A stretch of DNA of 64,000 nucleotides from a bacterium (GTDB lineage Bacteria; Planctomycetota; B15-G4): positions 18,105 through 82,104 of the forward strand of contig JAUIEF010000001.1 of NCBI GenBank assembly GCA_030428785.1, given 5' to 3'. The position numbers and the translations under genes are program-made. The notes beneath the pieces are model-generated. The model made no database searches. It was given only the letters and a program-made list of their open reading frames with translations, and had not been told where the DNA came from. Positions 55,324 to 63,914 of the stretch are shown here, one piece after another. Within the stretch, counting starts at the first letter, position 1. Each line of letters begins with the position of its first letter.

Positions 55324-57108
55324 ATGACCGCCCCCACCACCCTCCGTCGCCTCACGACGACCCTGGCCGCCGCGCTCGTCGCGACGACCGCCGCCACCGC
55401 CCAGCACCACGTCGCCTACCAGGAGCTCACGCCCTTCGGAATCACCCCGCCGCCGGCCTTCGGCGAGGACCTGCTCCTCGACCCGGTCGACGTGGCCGTC
55501 ACCGGCTGGGGCAGCTCCGTCTCGTGGACCTACGTCGCGGACGCGGGCGCCAACCGCGTCCTGCGCTGGGTCATCAACCCGGTCGGCACCGCCGTCGCGC
55601 CCGCCGAGTGGGGCGCCTTCCAGTTCGGCCCGCACGGCGTCGCCGTCAACGACATCCCGAACCACGACAAGAACGAGCGGGTCTACGCGACCGGCGTCGA
55701 CGCCTTCGGCGAGCCCTCGGTCCAGGTGTTCGACCGCTGGGGCAACTGGCAGGCCAGCTTCAAGGGCGCGCTCAACGACCACTTCATCGACCCGCGCGGC
55801 GTCGCCGTCGGCCCCGAGGGCAACGTCTTCGTCGTGGACATGGCGCGCCGCGTCGTCGAGGAATTCGACCCGGTGATCATGGAGATCAGCAGCGACTCGA
55901 TCCCGATCAACACCTACGGCGGCTGCACCGGCATGGTGCCGCTCGACGTGAGCGTCGACCTCATGCGGCGCGTGCACGTCGTGGGCCACGAGTTCTTCCC
56001 GTTCCCGGTCGGCAAGCAGGAGGTCTTCGAGTACGGCGTGAGCTGCCCGCCGGTGACCGAGATGAGCGGTCCGGTCCTCGCCGGCGTCGACGCGCGGCCG
56101 CTCGACCGCAACCGCATCGCGCGGCAGGACGGGACCGTGGCGACGGCCCTCTGGACCGACACGGTGCTGCCGTTCTGGGGCTTCACGAGCGGCGGCATCC
56201 AGACGATCCCGACCGACACGGCGGCGGCCGAGGACCTCGGCGGGCTCGAGGAGCAGCGCACGTGGCGCATCCAGGCGACGACCGTCGGCGGCGACCGGCA
56301 GCAGCGCTGCGACCTGCGCACCTACGTGACGGACCGCGCGGACGGCGAGGTGCACGTGCTCGAGAGCAAGGAGCTCTCCGTGCCGCGGCCCGCGGGCATC
56401 GTCGCCTGGTGGGACCTCGACGAGACGAGCGGCGGCGCGGCCGACGACACGATGGACACGGCGAACGGCGCGTGGAGCGGGTCGCCGCAGCCGGTCGACG
56501 GCGTCGTGCGGCGCGCGATGTCCTTCGACGGCGGGACGTCCGGCGTGTCGGTCTCCGACACGGACCTCGACGTGGGGCTCTCCGACTTCAGCGTCGAGGC
56601 GTGGATCCGTCCGGCGACGCAGGCCGGCACGGTGACGATCCTCGACGCCCGTGACGCGACGGGCCTCGGCTGGCACGTCGTGCTCGTCGACGGGCAGCTC
56701 GGCCTCGGCATCGACGACGGCGCGGACAGCGACCTCACGGTCTCGGCCGTGCCGCTGGACGACGGCCTCTGGCACCACGTCGCGGCGGTCGTCGAGCGCG
56801 GCGTCGGGACGCGGCTCTACGTCGACGGCTCGCTCGTCGCGACGGGCGCCAGCGGCGGCGTCGCCGGCGACCTCACGTCCGGCGCGGCGCTCGAGATCGG
56901 CCGCGAGGGCGCGGCGGGCGCCACGGGTCTGCTCGGCACGCTCGACGAGGTGAGCCTCTACCACGCGGCGCTCACGTCCGGCGAGGTCGGCTCCGTCGAG
57001 AACGCGCGCTGCGCGGGCAAGCACCTGCCCCCGCTCGCGCCCGGCGGCGGCGGCATCTTCGGCACGACGGGCGTCGCCGTGAGCTGGAAGTCCTTCGTGA
57101 AGCTCTAG
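55324..57108 (+). CDS. Secreted NHL-type beta-propeller plus LamG (concanavalin-A-like lectin) domain protein
   Basis: Full track ORF; AGGAGA lies upstream. Signal TLAAALVATTAATAQ. NHL-like blades (PHGVAVN, PRGVAVGPEGNVFVVD). LamG_3-like SFDGGTSGVSV...FSVEAWIRP...GLWHHVAAV...LYVDGSLV...LDEVSLY. Confidence 0.85.
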   Translation: MTAPTTLRRLTTTLAAALVATTAATAQHHVAYQELTPFGITPPPAFGEDLLLDPVDVAVTGWGSSVSWTYVADAGANRVLRWVINPVGTAVAPAEWGAFQFGPHGVAVNDIPNHDKNERVYATGVDAFGEPSVQVFDRWGNWQASFKGALNDHFIDPRGVAVGPEGNVFVVDMARRVVEEFDPVIMEISSDSIPINTYGGCTGMVPLDVSVDLMRRVHVVGHEFFPFPVGKQEVFEYGVSCPPVTEMSGPVLAGVDARPLDRNRIARQDGTVATALWTDTVLPFWGFTSGGIQTIPTDTAAAEDLGGLEEQRTWRIQATTVGGDRQQRCDLRTYVTDRADGEVHVLESKELSVPRPAGIVAWWDLDETSGGAADDTMDTANGAWSGSPQPVDGVVRRAMSFDGGTSGVSVSDTDLDVGLSDFSVEAWIRPATQAGTVTILDARDATGLGWHVVLVDGQLGLGIDDGADSDLTVSAVPLDDGLWHHVAAVVERGVGTRLYVDGSLVATGASGGVAGDLTSGAALEIGREGAAGATGLLGTLDEVSLYHAALTSGEVGSVENARCAGKHLPPLAPGGGGIFGTTGVAVSWKSFVKL

Positions 57109-57155
57109 GGGGCGGTGGTTCCCCCGGCCGCGTGCCCGCGCACGCGGAGACGTCC

Positions 57156-57188
57156 GAGCCCCGTCCGACCATATGTCGGGCGGGGCTC
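57156..57188. terminator. Stem-loop between convergent genes (candidate bidirectional terminator)
   Basis: GAGCCCCGTCCGAC-catat-GTCGGGCGGGGCTC (14-bp stem with one G-U pair), located between the stops at 57108 and 57252. No U-tract. Confidence 0.5.
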
Positions 57189-57251
57189 TCTGCGTCCGGT
57201 GCGACGCCGCGCCGCGCGTCCGGGTGCGCGGCCGACCGGGCGCGACCCGCG

Positions 57252-60200
57252 TCAGCGCGCCGCGAGGTCCACGACGAGATCGAGCGACACGTCCTCCGTC
57301 GGACCGGCCACGAACGTCCGGCGTGCGACGGCGTCGTCCTCGAGGCCGTCGCGATAGCGGTAGTGACGCCCCGGCACGACGAGCAGCTCGTAGCGCCCCT
57401 CGCCCAGCAGGATCAGGGAGTACGCGCCGTCGGCGACGGTGCGCGCTCGCGGATCGCCGTCGTCGTCGACGCGGGCCAGCAGCAGCGTGACCTGCTCGCC
57501 GAACACGTCGCCCGCCGGTGTGCGCAGCGTCCCCGCGACGGTCCCGCACCGCTCGAGTCGCAGGACGTGCTCCGCGGGTCCCGCGTCGACGGGCGTCGGC
57601 GCGGACGACGGCAGCCAGCCGGACGCCGACGCGGAGAGCCCGGCGCCCGCCGGCGCGCCGTCGGGGAACTCGAACCGACCCTCGTCGTCCGTGCGGCCGG
57701 AGACGCGGGCCTCGCCGGTGCGGTCGTGCATCTGGACGCCGGCGTGCGCGAGCGGCTCGCCGGTCCACGCGTCGACGACGCGCCCCGCGACGGGCCGCCC
57801 GCCGAACGCGAGGTCGACGGTCGTCGTGACACCGGGCTCGACCTCGACGACCGTCGCCTCCGAGAGACCGCGCGCGCTCGCCGCGACGCTCGCCGGCCCG
57901 GACTCCGCGGGGTCGAGCACGACCTCGAACTCCGCGACTCCGCGGGAGTCGGCCCGGACCTGCTGCCCCCGGTTCTTCCCGCCGAGGGTCGCGTGGACCT
58001 GAACGTACGAGCCGGGCTGCGTGCCCGTCACGACGCCCGTGAGCCGCGCACGCGGCGGCTGGACGAGCGTCACGGCGAGGGTCTCGCCCGTGCCGACGTG
58101 CACGACGCGCTCGTCGGTCGGCGCGTCGGCGTCGCCGAGCCGCACGCGCCACGCGCCGGGGCCGGGCAGCGTGAAGCGGGCCGTCCCGCGGCGCGTGTTC
58201 CGGGAGGCTTGCGGCTGGTGGAACGGGTGCGCGGGCGGCGCCGCGTCACCGGCGGGCTCGAGGTGGACGGTGCCGCTCTCCGGCGCGCCGGCGCGGTCCG
58301 TCACCGAGACCTCGAGCACGGGCGGCGCCGCGAGACGGATGACCGGCAGCTCGCGCATCTCCTCGTCCTCGAGCTCCAGTTCGGCGACGTGCACGCTCGT
58401 GTCCTTCGCCGAGACGGTGAGCGTCCAGGCGCCCGCGTCGAGGCCGGGCAGCTCGTACGTCCCGTCGTCGCGGGGCCGCGTCGTGCGGCGCCCGCTCCAG
58501 GCGTTCCCTCCGGCCGAGGCCACCTGCACCGAGCAGTGCTCGACCGAGACGCCCGGCGGCACCTCGACGCGCCCGCTCAGCACGGCGCGCGGCGCGAGCA
58601 CGAGCGTGCGCTCCACGGGGTCGGAGCCCCACGGCGCGCCCTCGATCCGCTCCGTCCAGCGGCTCGTGCCCCGGGAGAGCGTGAGCTCGCGCTCGGCGGG
58701 GCAGAGGTCGAGCGCGAGCGTGCCGGATGCGGGGTCCTCGGGCGTCGCGCGGTGCGTCCGCAGGCCGTCGACGACGCGCCACGAGACGTGCTCGACGGCG
58801 ACGGGCGTGCCGTCCGGATGCACGAAGCGGAGCACGGCGGGCGTGAGCCGGCGCAGGCGCAGCTCGACATCGTCGCGGCCCGGCGCCACGCCGGTCGCGC
58901 GCGCGGGCTCGTGACCCGGCGCGTCGGCGTAGACGCCGTAGGACGTGCGCTCGAGTCCGACGATCCGGAAGCGCCCGTCGGCGTCGGTGCGGTCGGTGAG
59001 GAAGCGCGCGGCGCGCGCCGTCTCGTCGGTGGCGGTCACGAAGGACGTCGCCGTGATGCGGTCGCCCTCGACGACGGAGAGCAGCTCGTCGTGCACCGCC
59101 TCCGGACCGAGGTCGGGGAACTCCATGACGGAGAGGCGCACGACGGCGTGCGCGAGCGGGAGGCCGTCCTCGTCGAGGACGCGCCCGGCGATCGCGCCGC
59201 GCTCGCGGACGACGACATCGGGGAGCGTGACGACGTCGCCGGCGACGGGCAGCGCCGACGCGTCGCCGGACCGTGGGACGAACCCGCTCGCGACGGGCGC
59301 GACGACGTCCGGATCGAGCGCGCGGACGATCATCGGCGGGACACGTTCCGGGTGCACGAGGAGCCGGGCGTCGGCGAGCGGCCCGGGCGGGAGGCCGACG
59401 AGACGCCACGCACCGGCGGCGTCGGTCCGCGTGCGGAACGGCTCGTACGCGACGGTCCACCAGGAGTAGGTCACGGCGATCCCGCCCCGCGAACCGCCGC
59501 ACGTGAAGCCGCGCGCCTGCAGCTCGCAGCGTTGCCGGCCGGGCCACACGCCCTCGACCGCGACGGGGACGTCGGCGAGCCCGCCCCCCGACGCATCGAC
59601 GACGCGCCCGACGAGCGTCACGCCGCGGTCCAGGGGCCAGTCGCCGAGCACGTGGGGCTCGACGTCGTCGGGATCGGACGGCTGCGCGCCGTCGTCCGCG
59701 GACGGCCAGATCTCGTCGAGGTCCCGGTTGCACTCGTGGATGCTCGGGACGCGACCCGGCGCGCGCGCGACGAGCGTGCCGCCGAGCGAGCGTGCCCGGG
59801 TCATCGAGGAGTTCGTGCGGCGGGCCGGTCCGGGGAGCGCGACGGTGAGCTCGAAGCGCCCGTCGGCGTCGACGGTCGTCGAGGGCATGTCGGCGAGCGC
59901 CGCCATCCCGGCGAGCTCGCGCAGGTCGCCGGCGAGCACGCGGCGGGACACGTCGCCGAGGCCGAGCAGCGTCGCGGTCTCCTTGTCCGGAACGAAGGAG
60001 ACGCGCCCTTCGGAGAGCGGCGCGCCGGCCTCGTCGACGAGGCGACCCGTGAACCGCGCGACGAGGTCGGGGACGTCCGACGCGGCGACGTCGTCCGGCG
60101 CGTCGGCGGTCGTCGGCGAGGCGTCGACGGCGATCGGCACCGGCGCGCCGACGTCGGGGCGTGGGAGCGCGTCCGGCGCCTCGACGACGACGCCGCGCGC

Positions 60201-60347
60201 GCTCGCGGCGGTGATCCGCGCGCCGGCGTCCGCAGCGGGCTCGCCCGCCACGAGCCACCACGCGGCGCCGAGCCCGACCAGCAGCCCGAGCGCTCCGAGG
60301 ACCGGCAGCCCGCGCGCCGCGCCCGTCTCACCGCCCCGCCTCGTCAT
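57252..60347 (-). CDS. Large membrane-anchored protein with multiple carboxypeptidase-regulatory-like (CarboxypepD_reg) domains
   Basis: Last 1031 codons of track ORF 57252..62147, from ATG 60347. N-terminal TM helix LPVLGALGLLVGLGAAWWLVAG. Repeated GR[LV]VD..G.P[LV]... and TD..GRF motifs. Confidence 0.85.
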   Translation of the reverse strand: MTRRGGETGAARGLPVLGALGLLVGLGAAWWLVAGEPAADAGARITAASARGVVVEAPDALPRPDVGAPVPIAVDASPTTADAPDDVAASDVPDLVARFTGRLVDEAGAPLSEGRVSFVPDKETATLLGLGDVSRRVLAGDLRELAGMAALADMPSTTVDADGRFELTVALPGPARRTNSSMTRARSLGGTLVARAPGRVPSIHECNRDLDEIWPSADDGAQPSDPDDVEPHVLGDWPLDRGVTLVGRVVDASGGGLADVPVAVEGVWPGRQRCELQARGFTCGGSRGGIAVTYSWWTVAYEPFRTRTDAAGAWRLVGLPPGPLADARLLVHPERVPPMIVRALDPDVVAPVASGFVPRSGDASALPVAGDVVTLPDVVVRERGAIAGRVLDEDGLPLAHAVVRLSVMEFPDLGPEAVHDELLSVVEGDRITATSFVTATDETARAARFLTDRTDADGRFRIVGLERTSYGVYADAPGHEPARATGVAPGRDDVELRLRRLTPAVLRFVHPDGTPVAVEHVSWRVVDGLRTHRATPEDPASGTLALDLCPAERELTLSRGTSRWTERIEGAPWGSDPVERTLVLAPRAVLSGRVEVPPGVSVEHCSVQVASAGGNAWSGRRTTRPRDDGTYELPGLDAGAWTLTVSAKDTSVHVAELELEDEEMRELPVIRLAAPPVLEVSVTDRAGAPESGTVHLEPAGDAAPPAHPFHQPQASRNTRRGTARFTLPGPGAWRVRLGDADAPTDERVVHVGTGETLAVTLVQPPRARLTGVVTGTQPGSYVQVHATLGGKNRGQQVRADSRGVAEFEVVLDPAESGPASVAASARGLSEATVVEVEPGVTTTVDLAFGGRPVAGRVVDAWTGEPLAHAGVQMHDRTGEARVSGRTDDEGRFEFPDGAPAGAGLSASASGWLPSSAPTPVDAGPAEHVLRLERCGTVAGTLRTPAGDVFGEQVTLLLARVDDDGDPRARTVADGAYSLILLGEGRYELLVVPGRHYRYRDGLEDDAVARRTFVAGPTEDVSLDLVVDLAAR

Positions 60348-60418
60348 CGTGGTCCCCGTCTCGTCATGCTCCCCGATCGCCCGCCCGCCGGCCGCCGCAC
60401 GCGCGCGGCCGGACTCCT

Positions 60419-60904
60419 CTAGTCGCCCGCGCCCGCCGGGTGACGCGCGAGGCGCCCGGTGAGCACGTACTCGAGGATCGCGACGACCTGCCCGGGCTCG
60501 CGGGCCACGGCGCAGGCGCCGGCGTCCACCTCCTTGAGCGCGTGGTCGAGCGCCTCGTCGTGCAGCGTGACGTAGGGCGTCCCGCGCGCGGCGGCCTGCC
60601 CGGCGTCGAAGGCGGCGTTCCACTGCTTGTACTTGTCGCCGAAGCGCACGACGACGACGTCGGCGGCGTCGAGCAGCGTGCGCGTCCGGAGGGCATTGAC
60701 GCCCGCGCCCTTGCGGTCCTTCCAGAACGCCTGCGATTCCTCGCCGAGGATCGCGACGCCGCAGTCGTCGCTGCTCGCGTGGTCGGTGACCGGCGCGGTG
60801 AACTCGATCGGCAGCCCGGCCTCGCGCGCGCCGTCCTCGATGCGCTCGCGCCAGTCGGTGTGGATCTCGCCGGAGAGGTACACGGTGAGCGACGGCGCGG
60901 ACAT
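60419..60904 (-). CDS. ytoQ: YtoQ family protein (nucleoside 2-deoxyribosyltransferase-like fold)
   Basis: Last 161 codons of track ORF 60419..61957, from ATG 60904. LTVYLSGEIHTDWRERI...VVVRFGDKYKQWNAAFDAG. Confidence 0.8.
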   Translation of the reverse strand: MSAPSLTVYLSGEIHTDWRERIEDGAREAGLPIEFTAPVTDHASSDDCGVAILGEESQAFWKDRKGAGVNALRTRTLLDAADVVVVRFGDKYKQWNAAFDAGQAAARGTPYVTLHDEALDHALKEVDAGACAVAREPGQVVAILEYVLTGRLARHPAGAGD

Positions 60905-61163
60905 GGCGGACTCCGGGGGCTCGGGGCGGGACGACAGTGTAAGGAGTGCTCGCGACCGCCGTCGCCGCGCGGGGCGGACGGAGCGCCGCGCATCCGCCTG
61001 TGCGGGACGGGCGGCACGCCGCGCTTCCGCTCCGCGGGCCCGTCGGCGCGCTCCCCCACGACGTACGGGGGCGCGGTATCGTGGGACGCCGGAGGCGCCC
61101 GGGCCGGGACGCGGGATCCCCGCGAGCACGCGCCGCCTCCCTCCCCCACGAGACCTCCGCACC

Positions 61164-63914
61164 ATGCTCGTCGCCGCCGCGCTGCTGACCTCGCTGCTCG
61201 CCCCGTCCCCCGTGCCGCCACTGCCCGGCGATCCGGCGCCCGGACCGGCGCCCGCCGTGTCCGCCGACACCGAGGGCGGCTCGCCGACGCTCGAGGGGTC
61301 GTTCGCGCGGACGCGCGGCGTCGTGACGTCGGCCGCCGAGGCGACGGCGTTGCTCGGCGGACACGCGCCCGCGCCGGCCGGCGGCTTCGCCGGCTCCTCG
61401 GCGGGCTTCCTCACGCTCAACGACGACCCCGAGGGCGACATGCCGCGCGAGGTCATCTTCTCGGCGGACGGCCAGGAGGTGCTCGTCGTGAACCGCGACA
61501 CGGACACGCTCACGGTGTTCGCCGCGGCGAGCGGGCTCATCTCGCACACGATCGACGTCGGCGACTTCCCGGTGGACGTCGCGGTCTCGCCGGACGGCGC
61601 GTACGCGGTCGTGCCGAACGTGCTCGACGACACGGTGAGCGTCGTCGACCTGTCGTCGAAGACCGTCGCGGCGACGATCCCCGTCACGGGCAGCCAGCCG
61701 TTCGCGGTCGAGGTCACGGGCGACAGCCAGACGGCGGTGGTCGCGCTCATCAACGACGGCGTCGCGTCGGCGTTCTCCGTGATCGACCTCGGGACGCTCG
61801 CCGAGTCGCACGTGATCGCGACCGGCCCGCAGGGCGTCATCGGGTTCTTCCTCACGCCGGAGTCGGGCATCTTCGGCAACGTGTTCACGCAGTTCGCGCT
61901 GGGCGACGACGACACGGTGGCCGTGCTGCCGGACCGCGGGGCGGGGCGCGTGCGCATCTACGAGATCGCGACGGGCACGGAGCTCGCCGACCTCGCGGTG
62001 GCGGCGTCGCCGTCCTCGGTGGACGTGCACCCGGACGGCACGCGCGGCGTCGTGGGCCACGACTCGGGCGGCGTCCTCACGACGATCGACGTCGTGACCC
62101 GCTCCGTCGTGCAGAGCGTGGCGACGGGCCAGTCGATCCAGGGCCACGTCGTCCGCATCTCACCGAGCAAGCTCTACGGCATCGCGCCCATCTCGAACAA
62201 CGTGATCTTCGTGGAGCTCACGTCGGGCGCGATCAGCTCGACGGTCCCCACCGGCATCGTGGGCGACATCGAGCTGTCCTTCGACGGGCAGTACGCCTTC
62301 GTGAGCAACTTCAACAGCAGCGTCATCGACGTCGCGACGCAGAGCCTCGTGGACGTCGTGAGCGTCGCGCCGACCGCGGAGGCGGCGGCGAGCCCCGTCG
62401 CGCACCGCGTGGTCGGGCTCAACAACCGCTTCCGCGAGGACGTGCACCTCTACACGCTGAACGGCGCGGCGAGCACGCTCGACGCGGTCGTGCTGTCCGG
62501 TGAGCCGGCCGAGGGCGACGCGCCGCGCACGGTGGCCGTGTCGGGTGACGGGCGGCTCGCGGTCGTCACGAACAACACCTCGCGCAACGTGTCGGTCGTG
62601 GACCTCGTCGCGGGGAGCGTGCGCGCGTGGATCGACACGGGCGACCGGCCGCTCGGCGTCGCCGTGTCGGGCGACGGCCGCACCGCGGTCGTGTGCAACG
62701 GCGACCAGGACACGGTGTCCATCATCGACCTCGAGACGGACACGCTCGTCCGCACGCTCGTCGTGCCGTCGCGTCCGGGCGAGGTGCTCATCTCGCCGGA
62801 CAGCTCGACGGCCTACGTGACGAGCATCGCGGGCACGGACCGCGTGCGGCGCATCGCGCTCAACGGCGCGGCGAGCACGATCACGGGCTCGATCGTCACC
62901 GGACAGATGGGCTCGGTCATCGCGACCTACAACACGCTGAGCGGCATGGCGCTCTCGCCGGACGGCTCGCTGCTCGCGGTCTGCGTGAGCTTCGACGACG
63001 TCGTGCGGCTCATCGACACGGCGAGCTTCACGGTCGTCGCGACGGTGCCGGTGGGCGACTTCCCGCTCAAGACCGTGTTCCAGGCGGACGGCGCCAAGCT
63101 CTGGGTCGGCAACGCGTTCGGCGACTCGGTGAGCGTCGTGCAGGTCGCCGGCGCGGGCTCGTCGGTGGTCGCGACGATCCCGAACATCGACTTCCCGCTC
63201 GTCATGCTCGCGGACCCGGACGGCGACGACGTGTACGTCGGCAACTTCGGGACGACGCCCCGGCTCTACGTGCTCGACACGGCGACGAACGGCGTCGCGA
63301 CGACGGTGAGCCTGCCGGCCTTCGCGCGCGGCGGCGCGGTGTCGGCGACGGGCGACGGCGTCGTGCTCGCGACGGTCGCCGGGCCGTTCGTGCACGTCGA
63401 CACGTCGGGCGCGTTCCCGTCGATCGCGTCGCAGACGCCGCTCTCGGGCGACCCGCCGGACCTCGCGTGGAGCGACCGCCTGCACCGCGCGGTCGTCACG
63501 CAGCCCGGGCCGCTGGACGGCGTGGACCTCGTCGACGTGCCGACGCCCTGGACGGACGTGGGCGGCGAGACGCTCGGGGCGAACGGTCGCCCGACGCTGC
63601 TCGGCGGCGGCACGCTCGTGGGCGGGACGCCGGCCTCGCTCGCGCTGCGCAATGCCCCGCCCGGCGCGCTCATGGTCGCGTGGGTCGCGCTCGCGCCGAC
63701 GCCCGCGGCCTTCTTCGGCGGCGTCGTGCACACGCTCCCGTTCAACAGCCAGTTCCTCTTCTTCGCCGACGCGGACGGCCGCTTCGCGGTGACGACGACC
63801 TGGCCCGCGGGCATCCCGACGAACACGAACGCCTGGTTCCAGTTCCTCGTGCAGGACCCGTCGGTGATCTTCGGGATCACGCTCTCGAACGCGCTGCGGG
63901 CGACGACGCCGTGA
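61164..63914 (+). CDS. Secreted double YVTN-type beta-propeller protein with the shared C-terminal module
   Basis: In the frame of track ORF 60627..63914, from ATG 61164. Many repeats of the type VAVSPDGAYAVVPN..DDTVSVVDL, VAVSGDGRLAVVTNN.SRNVSVVDL and VAVSGDGRTAVVCNGDQDTVSIIDL. Confidence 0.88.
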   Translation: MLVAAALLTSLLAPSPVPPLPGDPAPGPAPAVSADTEGGSPTLEGSFARTRGVVTSAAEATALLGGHAPAPAGGFAGSSAGFLTLNDDPEGDMPREVIFSADGQEVLVVNRDTDTLTVFAAASGLISHTIDVGDFPVDVAVSPDGAYAVVPNVLDDTVSVVDLSSKTVAATIPVTGSQPFAVEVTGDSQTAVVALINDGVASAFSVIDLGTLAESHVIATGPQGVIGFFLTPESGIFGNVFTQFALGDDDTVAVLPDRGAGRVRIYEIATGTELADLAVAASPSSVDVHPDGTRGVVGHDSGGVLTTIDVVTRSVVQSVATGQSIQGHVVRISPSKLYGIAPISNNVIFVELTSGAISSTVPTGIVGDIELSFDGQYAFVSNFNSSVIDVATQSLVDVVSVAPTAEAAASPVAHRVVGLNNRFREDVHLYTLNGAASTLDAVVLSGEPAEGDAPRTVAVSGDGRLAVVTNNTSRNVSVVDLVAGSVRAWIDTGDRPLGVAVSGDGRTAVVCNGDQDTVSIIDLETDTLVRTLVVPSRPGEVLISPDSSTAYVTSIAGTDRVRRIALNGAASTITGSIVTGQMGSVIATYNTLSGMALSPDGSLLAVCVSFDDVVRLIDTASFTVVATVPVGDFPLKTVFQADGAKLWVGNAFGDSVSVVQVAGAGSSVVATIPNIDFPLVMLADPDGDDVYVGNFGTTPRLYVLDTATNGVATTVSLPAFARGGAVSATGDGVVLATVAGPFVHVDTSGAFPSIASQTPLSGDPPDLAWSDRLHRAVVTQPGPLDGVDLVDVPTPWTDVGGETLGANGRPTLLGGGTLVGGTPASLALRNAPPGALMVAWVALAPTPAAFFGGVVHTLPFNSQFLFFADADGRFAVTTTWPAGIPTNTNAWFQFLVQDPSVIFGITLSNALRATTP
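63549..63914 (+). other. Shared C-terminal module, instance C (YVTN protein)
   Basis: WTDVGGETLGANGRPTLLGGGTLVGGTPASLALRNAPPGALMVAWVALAPTPAAFFGGVVHTLPFNSQFLFFADADGRFAVTTTWPAGIPTNTNAWFQFLVQDPSVIFGITLSNALRATTP-stop. Confidence 0.8.

Noticed and set aside
51043-58152. 2369-aa ORF on the minus strand, the longest in the track
   Set aside because: It is antisense to the CHAT and NHL-LamG genes. Its composition is almost only Arg/Ala/Gly/Pro/Asp with no motifs, which is the typical shadow ORF of a very GC-rich genome.
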